Shown here one piece after another: positions 39,247-49,168 of a stretch of DNA of 64,000 nt; the stretch's first letter is position 1; every line of letters starts with the position of its first letter. The notes under the pieces are model-generated. The model had not been told where the DNA came from, did not search any database, and saw only the letters and a list, made by a program, of their open reading frames with translations. This DNA is from a virus (taxonomy: Duplodnaviria; Caudoviricetes), in IMG/VR virus record IMGVR_UViG_3300028025_003146, positions 21,742 to 85,741 of that record; one strand, given 5' to 3'. The position numbers and the translations under genes were made by a program.

Positions 39247-40635
39247 TTAAACGCTCAGATCGCCTAGGACAACCCAGGAATTTAATGCTCGTTTAATTAA
39301 AGTTGCACTACTCCACTGTGCACGTAATTTTAATCCAGGAGTAGAATTTGGAGTAAATCCATCTCCTGCTATAGTAACCTGAGAGGTTCCTGTTTGTAAT
39401 ATATCTACAGAGTATCCAATGGGAAACAAGTTAGAATCTGTTATTGTTATAGTTCCGCCTGCAGACATTTCAATAAGTCTTCCAGAATCTATTGGCGCAA
39501 TAGTGTAACTGGTAGACTTAGAATTTATTGTTATCGAATCTTCAGATCTAACAGAAACTGATCCTGACATAGATGGATGATATTGACAGGCATAATATAA
39601 ATTATCTGGGGCATTCTGCGGAAGCTCTACAATAATAGAACCATTATCTGCTCCAGCATTTGTTATGCCTTCAGAATAAACATTTGCTAACGAGTACCCG
39701 CCTGGCACTGTTTGAATCCAGAAAGGGTGGTTTGTAGCATTAACTACAATTCTGTACCGCTTGCCTTTTGCAAAGCTAATAGTATCGTTTAAAACTCCAT
39801 TTACAAGGTATCCACCTGAGCCTGAATTAGTAATATAATAATCTACAGAAGGCTGTGAAATAGAAACTTTATTATCTAATGCTGTTTGGGTAGCAGTAGA
39901 TATTGGCTTAACAGAGTCTGCCGTATTGTCTACATTTTCTAAGCCAATCATTGTTTTTGTAATACCGCTTACTGTTCCAGTAAATGTCGGTGAAGCAATA
40001 GGAGCTTTTGTTCCTAGTGCTGTTGTTATAGTTGCAGCGTATGAAGCATCATCATTAATTGCAGCGGCAATTTCATTTAAAGTATTTAATGCATCGGGTG
40101 CTGTATCTATAAGGTTTGATATAGCAGCTGTAATAGCTAAATTTCTGTTTGTTACTTCAGTAGAAATTGCAGAAGTAATTTCTGTGTCTCTTGCAATTGT
40201 TGCTGGGATTTGAGAGTCTGGAACAAAACCATTTAAATCAAGTTCTGCAACTCCTTCTGGGTTTCCCAATAAACTCATTGGAATATAACCAGTGGAAACT
40301 GTATCATCTAATGCATCAATTGCTGCATCAACATATAATTTGCTTGCAATAGTGCTGTCAACTGCAAGAGTGATTGTATTTGCAACATCGTTATAGGTTT
40401 TGGATACACCTGTTCCAGCAACTAATGCTGAGTCTATTGCATCTTGAGCAAGCTCTGTAATTTCACTTGGTATAACGCTTAAAAATGGAAGTGCTGGCCA
40501 TAAACTTGTTCCATTTCCAGCTTTTATTTTATTTAGCGTTGTATCTAGACCTAGTTCTCCAGCTGCTAAAGGTCTTGTGGAAGAAGACCATTGAGATGAA
40601 GTACCTCTTCTAATTTTTATCGTTACTGATGGCAT
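39247..40635 (-). CDS. Tail fibre protein (Mtd-like N-terminus, cupredoxin-like insert)
   Basis: IKIRRGTSSQW...LAAGELGLDT...KIKAGNG...W..LP; NTLNEIAAAINDD; LYYACQYHPSMSG; C-terminal WVVLGDL. Confidence 0.75.
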   Translation of the reverse strand: MPSVTIKIRRGTSSQWSSSTRPLAAGELGLDTTLNKIKAGNGTSLWPALPFLSVIPSEITELAQDAIDSALVAGTGVSKTYNDVANTITLAVDSTIASKLYVDAAIDALDDTVSTGYIPMSLLGNPEGVAELDLNGFVPDSQIPATIARDTEITSAISTEVTNRNLAITAAISNLIDTAPDALNTLNEIAAAINDDASYAATITTALGTKAPIASPTFTGTVSGITKTMIGLENVDNTADSVKPISTATQTALDNKVSISQPSVDYYITNSGSGGYLVNGVLNDTISFAKGKRYRIVVNATNHPFWIQTVPGGYSLANVYSEGITNAGADNGSIIVELPQNAPDNLYYACQYHPSMSGSVSVRSEDSITINSKSTSYTIAPIDSGRLIEMSAGGTITITDSNLFPIGYSVDILQTGTSQVTIAGDGFTPNSTPGLKLRAQWSSATLIKRALNSWVVLGDLSV

Positions 40636-40886
40636 TATGCAGCACCGCCATCAACTACTCCTGGACTTGGAACTTCAACTGATTCTACAGAATAAACTGC
40701 TCCATCATATGTATGAATATGATCTAGTAGGCCTGTTATGGCACCGCCAACTGGGCTCCAAGACGAACCATCATAATATTTTAAAGAAGATTCAGCAGTA
40801 TTAAAATAAATATCACCTATGCGTGGGTTTGCTGGATCTGTTGCTAGTGCTACTGCGTGTAAGGGAACTAATCTTTGAACTGACAT
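40635..40886 (-). CDS. Small fibre-associated protein
   Basis: PANPRIGDIYFNT...LKYYDGSSW module. Confidence 0.65.
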   Translation of the reverse strand: MSVQRLVPLHAVALATDPANPRIGDIYFNTAESSLKYYDGSSWSPVGGAITGLLDHIHTYDGAVYSVESVEVPSPGVVDGGAA

Positions 40887-40897
40887 TTAAAACTCCC

Positions 40898-42286
40898 TTA
40901 TCCAGTAATTACGACTCTGTAGGCTCCACTTGCAGGCGCTGTTGCAAATCTTAGTGTAATTGTGTTTGCTGATGTACGCTCTACATCTGTTTCAACTAAA
41001 GCTTTTAGCCCTGCTGTTTCAAAAACTTGAACAGTAACATCATCTGATCCCAAATTGTGTGTTACAACAAGCGCTGTTAAATCTGAAGGGTTAGCAAGAT
41101 TTTCTGCGTACTTTCTTGCAATTGCATGATAGTTTGTTCCATTATTTGTAAGTGTCCAGTTATCGCTTGTCTCATTCCATAGAACTTCAACATCTGCGCC
41201 ATCGCCACGCTCTACACGAATTCCAGCATCTGCTGTTGGTGTTCCAGTATAGTCGGTATTAAGATTAATCTTATTATCAACAATATTTACCTGTGTAGTA
41301 TTTACTGAGTTTATTGTTCCAGCTACGTTTAGGTTTCCGCCTACTGTTAAATTATTTGTAATGCTTACATCATCTGGAAGACCAATTGTTACTGTTGTGC
41401 CTTCTCCTGCTGTAGGGCTTACTGTTACTTCATTAGCTGTTCCTGTAATGTTTGCAACATAATCACCAGTTGTTTGGCTTCCAAGGTTTACATTCTTAAC
41501 ACTTACTGCACCGTCTGTTACGGTAAAATCTGTTGTAGCAAAAGAAGCAACACCACGGTTTGTAGTTGTTGCAATTTCTGCATCTACTGTTAGTATGTTT
41601 GCTACATCATCATATGTTACATCTATACCTTCGCCTGCATTGATTTGTCCAGCAACAATATCTTGAACACGCTCAGCGTTTAATGTTACTGCTCCTGATG
41701 TTACTGTAAAATCTGTTGCGTCAAAGCTTGCAACGCCTTTATTAGTTGAAGTTGCATCTTCTGCTGATACTGTAACTGTATTATTTGTTACAGCTACGTC
41801 AATTCCTTCTCCGCCAGCAACAGTTAATGTGTCAGTTAATAGATTAACTGTATCTGTTCCAGTGTCTCCTGCTATTGAAAGGTTTGTTGCTACGTCTGCT
41901 TCGCTTGCTGCGGTTAAACGACCTTGTGCATCTACGGTAAATGTTGGGATCTTTGTTGTTGAACCGTATGAGCCAGCAGTTACTGTAGTGTTATCTAAGT
42001 CTATTGTTGTTGTGCCTGCTGCATCGTTGTATGTTGATGTTAGACCAACTCCGCCAACGATTGCTGAACCAATTACATCTTGAATAACCTCTGTAGAACC
42101 AGACATTGGCATCCATGGACCATTTGGAGAGGCAAGTCCATTGTAGTAGTACATTGTATTATTGCTTGAGTCATAATAAATCTGACCCGCTACTGGATTG
42201 GATGGTGCTGAACTTAAATTCTGAATTCTTGCATTGAGCAGCTCATTCTTGTTGAGGTCAATGTTGGTTACAAATAATCTTGCCAT
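40898..42286 (-). CDS. Tail fibre/spike protein
   Basis: Thr/Val/Asp-rich; two AT.TN(K/R)GVASF..TDFTVT.GAV repeats; C-terminal VTHNLGS domain. Confidence 0.7.
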   Translation of the reverse strand: MARLFVTNIDLNKNELLNARIQNLSSAPSNPVAGQIYYDSSNNTMYYYNGLASPNGPWMPMSGSTEVIQDVIGSAIVGGVGLTSTYNDAAGTTTIDLDNTTVTAGSYGSTTKIPTFTVDAQGRLTAASEADVATNLSIAGDTGTDTVNLLTDTLTVAGGEGIDVAVTNNTVTVSAEDATSTNKGVASFDATDFTVTSGAVTLNAERVQDIVAGQINAGEGIDVTYDDVANILTVDAEIATTTNRGVASFATTDFTVTDGAVSVKNVNLGSQTTGDYVANITGTANEVTVSPTAGEGTTVTIGLPDDVSITNNLTVGGNLNVAGTINSVNTTQVNIVDNKINLNTDYTGTPTADAGIRVERGDGADVEVLWNETSDNWTLTNNGTNYHAIARKYAENLANPSDLTALVVTHNLGSDDVTVQVFETAGLKALVETDVERTSANTITLRFATAPASGAYRVVITG

Positions 42287-42299
42287 TTTTTATTCTCCT

Positions 42300-42743
42300 T
42301 TAGGACAGGTACGCTGTCCCTGAAAATGGTTGTGCCATTGTCAGTGTAATCTGGTTAATACTATTATAGTCTATTCCCGTTTCTAATATGTCGCCTGCAG
42401 AATTTTTGATAGTCACATTTGGATTGTATCCCAAATTATGTGTTATCTGAAGGCTATATATTCCATTTACTGGACCTGTTACTTGATTGATCAACCAAGG
42501 GTAAGTCAATGTTCCAGCTGTTAGGAGGTAGTTTGCTGCTCCGACCCATGTAAAGTCTGAGGGCTTTGGACCATAAAATCTTGTTGTGTTTTTGTCGTAA
42601 TAAAAATCGCCTTCAAGACCTAGTGTTTCTGATGGGGCACCTAGGCCATTTAATATTGTTTTTCCTCTTGGTCCTTGAGGGCCAGGACTGGAAATAACTA
42701 CATCATTTACGACTTCTGTTACTATTACTTTTTCTACTGTCAT
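42300..42743 (-). CDS. Minor tail protein
   Basis: GPQGPRG, LGLEGDFYYD, ITHNLGYNPNVT. Confidence 0.65.
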   Translation of the reverse strand: MTVEKVIVTEVVNDVVISSPGPQGPRGKTILNGLGAPSETLGLEGDFYYDKNTTRFYGPKPSDFTWVGAANYLLTAGTLTYPWLINQVTGPVNGIYSLQITHNLGYNPNVTIKNSAGDILETGIDYNSINQITLTMAQPFSGTAYLS

Positions 42744-43093
42744 ACTGTCACCGACCTACTTAGTGCTAAAAAGCCTTCAAGTAATTTTATTTTATTTCCG
42801 TTGCTATCTGTCACCATAAGATCATAGGCTGATTTTGGATAGAATAGTTTATTTGTCTGTGCTGGTGTCATTTTAATTGTTAGTTTTCCAGCAGTCGGAT
42901 CTATTGAAATTCCATTTGATAGATTAGGGGTAGTTAATGTAAACGCTAACTTTGATCCGCCTTTTGTGTCTCTAACCTGAAGTTTTGCAGAAGCACCGAC
43001 TAGACTTATCGGTAAGTCTTGGTTGTCTCTATATTCTACAACAAAAGAAAATGTTGCATTTTGGTCTACTTCAAAATTTTTAACTGCTGACAT
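42740..43093 (-). CDS. BppU-N-like baseplate/fibre adaptor
   Basis: VDQNATF...SAKLQVR...YDLMVTDSNG...LLEG. Confidence 0.65.
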   Translation of the reverse strand: MSAVKNFEVDQNATFSFVVEYRDNQDLPISLVGASAKLQVRDTKGGSKLAFTLTTPNLSNGISIDPTAGKLTIKMTPAQTNKLFYPKSAYDLMVTDSNGNKIKLLEGFLALSRSVTV

Positions 43094-43165
43094 AACATCT
43101 CCTAAAATAGGAAAACTCCTGTACTTATTTTAGCACAGGAGAGTCCCTAATTCGATATTAAATTT

Positions 43166-43402
43166 TTACTTTGCTACGAATCCGAATTCCTTGTTACTTG
43201 GGCTTAGAGCCTTAAGGATTACTGGTGCAACAGCTGCTACGCCACCTAGAAGAAGGTCTCTTGGATTTGTATTTCCAGTCATATATAGAGCAATTGCTGC
43301 TGAAAGAAATGCACGAGCATATGTTCCAAGCGCTGCTAAAATTTGTTCTGTCATTGTTACCTTTCCATCTTTGTTTAAATCCGCTTTATCGAATTTAGCC
43401 AT
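43166..43402 (-). CDS. Holin (putative)
   Basis: 78 aa, two hydrophobic helices; YARAFLSAA...APVILKAL.P...FG; EF-hand-like DLNKDGKV at the N-terminus. Confidence 0.65.
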   Translation of the reverse strand: MAKFDKADLNKDGKVTMTEQILAALGTYARAFLSAAIALYMTGNTNPRDLLLGGVAAVAPVILKALSPSNKEFGFVAK

Positions 43403-43473
43403 ATTATCATCTCCATTTTGGGCGGGGTGCCCAGAATTTTGGGGAATATCCCCAATACTATAATTCTACCACA

Positions 43474-45408
43474 TTAAGCAGATATGTCTACAAGCTCACA
43501 ATTTCCATCTGAGCTGCAGGCAAGGGTGGCATTAGTAGATGTGCCATCCTCTGTCTCATAAAAAGATAAATCTTCCCAGCGAATATCTTTAGGCATCTTT
43601 GCAACAAGTGCATCGTATTCAGCCTTATCTACTTCTTGATATGGAGCCTGCTTGTATGAGTGATCTGAGTGTGGAAGGAATGAAATTCCAGACACTTCGT
43701 CAAAATGCTTATATACCCATGCTCCTACTTCCATCCACTCATCTTCTTTTACAGAAACTGTAATTGATGGCTTATGCTCACACCATGCACGTTGGTAAAC
43801 CAACCAAATGTTAAGGTGCTCAATAGCTGTTAGATCATTTCTGACAATTGCACCCTCTGGTGCCTTTACTGGGAATGAAAATACGTATGTATCGTTTGGC
43901 TTCATTACATCATCTTCTACTGGAATCCCCACCTCTTTAAGGAAGGTAGAAATTGGATCTCCCTTTGAACCACGAACAGTTCTAATATAGTATGGAGAAT
44001 GCCAAGCATGCATTCCTGAAGATACCCCGACCAATTGAGACACTGTTCCAGAAGGCTTTACACAAGTAATAGCGGCAGACTCAGGAATCCCAATTTTCCC
44101 AGCCTCTTCTTTATTCTTTGCTCTTGCTGCTTCTCTAAGGGTCATCAAGAATGACTCTAGTGCAACCAAATCTTGTTTGCCTGACATAAACTTATGCCCA
44201 AACTGTCCAGTCAAAGAAACTCCTAGTAAGCGTTCCTCTTCTGTGTTATCTTTCCAAATCTTACGTAGATACTTAAAGTCTGTAAGAGTGGACTGCCAGG
44301 TTCCAAGAATAGTTGCTAGTTCTACTTTACGTTCAATATCTTTCTTTGTATCATTTTCACGTAGTACGACTTCTGAAAGATTACAAAACTGGTAAGGACG
44401 TAGAATAATCTCTGAACACGGGTTAGTTCCATAGTGTATATCTGGATCTCTTCTTCCATACTTGGCTGCTTGGGCTTGAGCTGCGGCCACATTGTATATG
44501 CCTCGTTCTCCTGATTTTGAATCATATAGAGATTTCCATTCTGCAATAAATTGCTCCATCTCTGGCTTGCGTGAATACGCAACAGAGTTATTAGACAGGG
44601 CACGTTGTGGGCTTGCTTCCCACCAGTTACCTGACTTTGCCTGCGCCATTTCAATATCATTAATATTAGAAAGAGAAATCATTGCTGAGCGACGAACTCC
44701 TCCTACAACAACTACTTCACCAATCTTGCACATAATGTCGTGGCATTCGATTGGCTTTAGGTTTCTTCCTGTAGCATTCTTAAACTTTGCAATTGTAAAA
44801 TCAAACAAGTTAATAAGTGGCTGTGGGCCTGAAGATCTTCCACCCATTGTCTTAAGTCTTGCTCCTGCTGGTCTTACCTTAGAAACATCAATTGCTGGAA
44901 TCTGTCCAGACCAAAGTAGTGCTAGCAACTCACGGTATGCTTTAGCCCAGCCCTGCTTTGAGTCTTCTACTGTAATAACTGTAGTTGACTTCTCTAAAGT
45001 TTCTGGGACGGCAGGAAGCTTATTGATGTACTTATACTCAACAGAGAATCCTACACCTGTACCGCACATAAGGATATACATAGTCTCATCAAATGAACGT
45101 GGTGAATCAACTGGTAAGAAAGCACAGTTATATCCAGCTACATTATCTCTTTCTAATGCTGCTCCTGAAGTCATAACAGAACGCATTGATGGCATAACAT
45201 TTCGTTCAAAGACGAACTCTTTTAATTCCGCAACAAGCTTCTCATTTGGAATATAATTATGGTTCTTTTCTAGATGGCCAAGCATGAAGTTAAAATATCT
45301 ATCTACTGTTTCACCCCAAGTCTCACGACGATTATCTTCTGATATCCATCTTGCATATCTTGATAACGCAATGAAATTTTCGTATGGGTTTGCAATAGTC
45401 TTAGACAT
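43474..45408 (-). CDS. nrdJ: Class II (adenosylcobalamin-dependent) ribonucleotide reductase
   Basis: VAGYNC, GTGVGFS, VGGVRRSA, GTNPCSEI (thiyl Cys), TCVKPSGT, C-terminal ACSSDGNCE; monomeric size; no beta-subunit gene adjacent. Confidence 0.92.
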   Translation of the reverse strand: MSKTIANPYENFIALSRYARWISEDNRRETWGETVDRYFNFMLGHLEKNHNYIPNEKLVAELKEFVFERNVMPSMRSVMTSGAALERDNVAGYNCAFLPVDSPRSFDETMYILMCGTGVGFSVEYKYINKLPAVPETLEKSTTVITVEDSKQGWAKAYRELLALLWSGQIPAIDVSKVRPAGARLKTMGGRSSGPQPLINLFDFTIAKFKNATGRNLKPIECHDIMCKIGEVVVVGGVRRSAMISLSNINDIEMAQAKSGNWWEASPQRALSNNSVAYSRKPEMEQFIAEWKSLYDSKSGERGIYNVAAAQAQAAKYGRRDPDIHYGTNPCSEIILRPYQFCNLSEVVLRENDTKKDIERKVELATILGTWQSTLTDFKYLRKIWKDNTEEERLLGVSLTGQFGHKFMSGKQDLVALESFLMTLREAARAKNKEEAGKIGIPESAAITCVKPSGTVSQLVGVSSGMHAWHSPYYIRTVRGSKGDPISTFLKEVGIPVEDDVMKPNDTYVFSFPVKAPEGAIVRNDLTAIEHLNIWLVYQRAWCEHKPSITVSVKEDEWMEVGAWVYKHFDEVSGISFLPHSDHSYKQAPYQEVDKAEYDALVAKMPKDIRWEDLSFYETEDGTSTNATLACSSDGNCELVDISA

Positions 45409-45496
45409 TTTATAATACCTTTTTCTCCGCCTGGCGGTTAATTTAAATTTAGTGTGAAGATCCTATTCTACCAAAGAACAGTTAAAAGGGGAAGTC

Positions 45497-46498
45497 CTAA
45501 GAAAATTTTTCTACTAAATGTTGAAAGGCTTTCTTAGTCAACTGATCCCAATTATAATCTTCATGTATTTTATCTGCTTGAGCAAAATAATATCCCGAAT
45601 AGCCTTTATAGTCAATAGATACATCACGCATTAACTGTTCTAAATGTTTTGCATCTGGTTTAAACATTTTTCCAATGTACTCATCTCCTACAGATTTAGG
45701 CAAAGTCTCATCTGTAAGTTTAGATTTTAATTTGAGTGGTCCCATATAGTCCACATAGTGAGACCAATCATATGTCGATATGATTGGCATACCTGTTGCT
45801 AAACCTTGAAGCGGGATGAAACCAAAACCTTCTCCCCAAGTAGGGTATAACAAAACATGATGGCTATGATACAAAGAAACAAGATCTGTTTCTGATAACT
45901 CTTCTGTAATTAAAGATATATTGCTATGTGCCATTTCTGGACTCATAAACTGATTATGATTATCGTATACCCTAGTAGTATTAAACTTATGAGCTTTAAT
46001 TGTTAAATGATAGTTTGGATTTCCGCCGAATAGATTAATAAAAGTATCTACTGCTAGTTGTCCGTCTTTTCTTGGAGATGGTTCTCCTATGTGTAAAAAC
46101 TTAAGAGGTTGCCCTTCTTTTAAAACTCTGCGCTTTGGCTTCCAAATTTTTTCTATACCATGTGGGTAAACATATATTGGCTTTGTAACACCGTTGTCTT
46201 TAAATACTTGTGCACACCAATCTGATGTCGCCCAGACTTCATCACAAAAATTAAATCTTTCAACCCAGTCGGGTCTCATGGAAGTTGATTCCCACGGAGT
46301 GTATCCAATCTGATATTGATTTCTATGTAGCTTATAGTGGTGAGGTTGAGTAAAGTTTAATTGAACAGTAGATTTAGGGTTAGCAAAAGATACAGCATGT
46401 CCTAAATTATTTAAAGAATTAACAATATTTTTTCCTGCATAGCCAAAGCCAACAGCAGGATCTAGCCCCGCTTGAATAGTATAATAAGATATATCCAT
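45497..46498 (-). CDS. Glycosyltransferase (GT-B, family 4-like)
   Basis: IGYTPWES, PRKDG, YPTWGEGFGFIPLQGLATGMPII. Confidence 0.85.
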   Translation of the reverse strand: MDISYYTIQAGLDPAVGFGYAGKNIVNSLNNLGHAVSFANPKSTVQLNFTQPHHYKLHRNQYQIGYTPWESTSMRPDWVERFNFCDEVWATSDWCAQVFKDNGVTKPIYVYPHGIEKIWKPKRRVLKEGQPLKFLHIGEPSPRKDGQLAVDTFINLFGGNPNYHLTIKAHKFNTTRVYDNHNQFMSPEMAHSNISLITEELSETDLVSLYHSHHVLLYPTWGEGFGFIPLQGLATGMPIISTYDWSHYVDYMGPLKLKSKLTDETLPKSVGDEYIGKMFKPDAKHLEQLMRDVSIDYKGYSGYYFAQADKIHEDYNWDQLTKKAFQHLVEKFS

Positions 46499-46520
46499 GT
46501 TTTCTTTCTAGTTGACTGGC

Positions 46521-46550
46521 TTGACAGGCTTATCCTATCAATGTTATGAT
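46521..46550 (+). promoter_or_regulatory. Sigma-70-type promoter
   Basis: TTGACA-N18-TATGAT upstream of the transglycosylase gene. Confidence 0.6.
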
Positions 46551-46577
46551 TGTAGTTCGTTATCTCTAGAGGAGGAA

Positions 46578-47135
46578 ATGCCAATGGAGAAAATAAAACA
46601 ACAGGTTAGTGATTTGGCTCATAATCTGGTTACAATAGTAATGATAACATTATTTATGTTTCCAGTCCAGCCTACACAAGCCTTAGTAGTAAAACCTTTA
46701 GTGAAAACTGAAGCCCAACTAAAGCAAGAAGTCTTGGATAAGTTTAGTAAAGCAATTTACAAGCCATCTGAGATGCTTACAGACGAAGAGCTAGTATTAC
46801 TACTCAAGACTGTAGGATTCGAAGGAGTAGGCCTTAAGAAAGCCTGGTCCATAGCAAAGCGAGAATCTAATGGAAGACCGCTTGCATATAACGGGGACAG
46901 AAGTACTGGAGATAGTTCTTACGGAATATTCCAGATAAACATGATTGGAAATCTTGGTCCTGAAAGACTTGAGAAATTCAAACTAGAGAGTAACAGAGAG
47001 TTATTCGACCCAGTAACAAACGCAGAGATAACGTATTATATGACCAATGGCGGTATAGATTGGTCGGCTTGGAAGGGTATGACCCCAAAAGCTAAGGAAT
47101 GGCTATTGCAATTCCCGATTGATCAGAAAAAGTAG
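46578..47135 (+). CDS. Lysozyme-like lytic transglycosylase with N-terminal membrane/signal segment
   Basis: GGAGG Shine-Dalgarno; IAKRESNG, SYGIFQIN, LFDPVTNA, DWSAW motifs. Confidence 0.8.
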   Translation: MPMEKIKQQVSDLAHNLVTIVMITLFMFPVQPTQALVVKPLVKTEAQLKQEVLDKFSKAIYKPSEMLTDEELVLLLKTVGFEGVGLKKAWSIAKRESNGRPLAYNGDRSTGDSSYGIFQINMIGNLGPERLEKFKLESNRELFDPVTNAEITYYMTNGGIDWSAWKGMTPKAKEWLLQFPIDQKK

Positions 47136-47140
47136 GTCAA

Positions 47141-47347
47141 ATGCAGATACAATATGTATCTAAGTACATAGCCTTATCAGAAGAGGGCCTTGTTCCTAGA
47201 CTTGAATGTCCCATGGATCAGGGCTCTCTTCTATGTAACTTAGATTTAGAAGATAACATTTATTTATACTGCCTCTCCTGTGATTACAAGAACTACATAG
47301 GCCTAGAGGTATACGAGAAATTAGTGAAAGAAGTCAACAATGTCTGA
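47141..47347 (+). CDS. Zn-ribbon protein
   Basis: CPMD...CLSC. Confidence 0.7.
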   Translation: MQIQYVSKYIALSEEGLVPRLECPMDQGSLLCNLDLEDNIYLYCLSCDYKNYIGLEVYEKLVKEVNNV

Positions 47348-47513
47348 ACATGGATGTAGTAATTGCAATTGTGGTCAAGGACTGCAAATTAAAACAAAAA
47401 GTGCGTCGGCGGAAGAAGAGACCTTTTCTTCATATGAATTTGAATCAAGTGTCCTATTAGAGAAAGACTCTATGGGAAGAGAAATATTTTGGAACGATAT
47501 GGGGAGACCATAA
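47340..47513 (+). CDS. Small hypothetical protein (57 aa, not in ORF track)
   Basis: MSEHGCSNCNCGQG...KDSMGREIFWNDMGRP; coupled to neighbours. Confidence 0.6.
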   Translation: MSEHGCSNCNCGQGLQIKTKSASAEEETFSSYEFESSVLLEKDSMGREIFWNDMGRP

Positions 47514-47719
47514 TGGAAGAAAAAGAACCATCTAGAAATCTAGAAGACAACCTACCTATGGTGAATTATATAATGCTTCACCGTATTTACGATATGCTAA
47601 CAATTATGGCAAATGGAGTAGATCCTGAAAAGACGGCTAAGATGATTGATTATCATGAGCAAGGATATCTACTTGGACCTGAGCCATCATTTACCCCGTC
47701 TGAAAATCCTGTCAACTAG
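47513..47719 (+). CDS. Hypothetical protein
   Basis: TAATG-coupled start (MEEKEP). Confidence 0.65.
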   Translation: MEEKEPSRNLEDNLPMVNYIMLHRIYDMLTIMANGVDPEKTAKMIDYHEQGYLLGPEPSFTPSENPVN

Positions 47720-47724
47720 AATGC

Positions 47725-47753
47725 TTGACATATAAAATATTCCATATTACAAT
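47725..47753 (+). promoter_or_regulatory. Near-consensus sigma-70 promoter
   Basis: TTGACA-N17-TACAAT. Confidence 0.85.
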
Positions 47754-47759
47754 TAAGAT

Positions 47760-47849
47760 GTGTAGGTGACGGCAGCAATGTCTCCCTATATAATGTGTAG
47801 CAATACACTAGAAAGTCCCAATCGGATCCGCCTCTGATTGGGATTTTTT
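47760..47849 (+). ncRNA. Candidate small RNA (~90 nt): two GCAA-tetraloop hairpins plus terminator
   Basis: Lies between the promoter and a TCCCAATCGG/TCTGATTGGGA-T6 terminator; no credible ORF. Confidence 0.7.
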
Positions 47850-48271
47850 CTTATATAGACAATTAGGACATATAGTGCATATAGTGCGAAAAAAAGTGCG
47901 CCGAAAATAAGAACACCATATTTAAATATAGAGTATAATTATATTATGCCTAGACATTTTTCTAATTTATGGAATAGTCCTAAGAGTTTTAATAAGAAGG
48001 ATATTAGCGTCGAGCAGAAAATAGATAATATTATTCAAAAGATCAAGTTTAAGATCTGGAGCATCTTTAAAAAATAGCCCTCATACGCCCTCTACGGGGG
48101 TTTTCCAGCCCTAACGGGTCATATTTGGTATCTCCGATACTTGAACCCTTAAAAGGGCGGGAGAAAAAAGATTAGGGACTTTACCCTATAGATATAACAT
48201 ACGTTTATTTAGCTATATACACCAATGAGTAGTATGCACCAAGGATGATTAGTAATGACCATAGGAATGAT

Positions 48272-48487
48272 TTAGAACTGTTCATTGTCTATATCTTCAT
48301 TTAGGTCAAAATCAAAGAAGTCTTCTTGCTTTCCCGCCCAATTTAAGAATCTAGACATAGCAAGACCTGAGAAGACTGCTGTCGCAGTTAGAGTAATTAA
48401 AGCAAAGATCTTTTTCATATGTTTCCTGTCATATATGCAATTAAAAGAACCACTACTGGCCCAAATATAATTGTTGCCTGTAACCAA
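48272..48487 (-). CDS. Small membrane protein (probable start at MKKIF)
   Basis: Hydrophobic N-terminal helix, acidic tail. Confidence 0.5.
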   Translation of the reverse strand: MVTGNNYIWASSGSFNCIYDRKHMKKIFALITLTATAVFSGLAMSRFLNWAGKQEDFFDFDLNEDIDNEQF

Positions 48488-48883
48488 TTCATTTACAGTT
48501 ACAGTCTTTCTTTTTCATCTTCCACCACATCCAAATATGGTGAGCTGCCATGAGACCCATAAGTATCCACATTACTTGCATTTCAGTTATTCCTGAACCT
48601 GTGGCTAATACTATATTCTCGTGGTCATGCATTTTCTTTATTTTTCATAATATACGCATATTCCATGCCATGTGCCATGCAGTATCCAATAGATGGATCA
48701 TCTTTTCTAAATACAAATGATGGCAATGGGCATGTGTGTGCAGAACATCTATTCATAAATATATTATACCATAATCCTAGTCAACTGTAATATTTAATGC
48801 ATGATCTGAACAGTAATATATCATCTTACCTTCTAGAGTTAACTTAGATGTATATGAGATCTTGTCGCAATATGTACAAAAGT

Positions 48884-49168
48884 TCATGATGCCTTCTTTC
48901 CGTGCTTTCTCATATGAGTTCTTACTCTATGACAATTTGAGCAAACTATTTCGCATTTGGCTATTTCTTCATCCAGACGTTTCTTAGATAACGTATTAAT
49001 TAGTTCCGCCACATTTGAATGCTTTCGCCCACGGACATGATCAAAGTCCATCATATAATAGGGATATGAAATCTTACAATCCATACAAGGATTCTTTTCT
49101 TTAAGATCTTTTAAATACTGCGCCAGGAATTCTTTTTGTTTCTTGATCGATATCTTCTCTGGAGACAT
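48884..49168 (-). CDS. HNH-type endonuclease
   Basis: CMDC...DFDHVRG...KCEIVCSNCHRVRT; leaderless-type -10 six nt upstream. Confidence 0.8.
   Translation of the reverse strand: MSPEKISIKKQKEFLAQYLKDLKEKNPCMDCKISYPYYMMDFDHVRGRKHSNVAELINTLSKKRLDEEIAKCEIVCSNCHRVRTHMRKHGKKAS

Noticed and set aside
19916-40635. Diversity-generating retroelement (Mtd-like N-terminus at 40635 plus a duplicated sequence)
   Set aside because: No reverse transcriptase in the window; the 52-bp repeat is identical and mid-gene, with no adenine-specific mismatches.
43474-45408. Intein or intron in nrdJ
   Set aside because: Length is normal and the catalytic motifs are contiguous.
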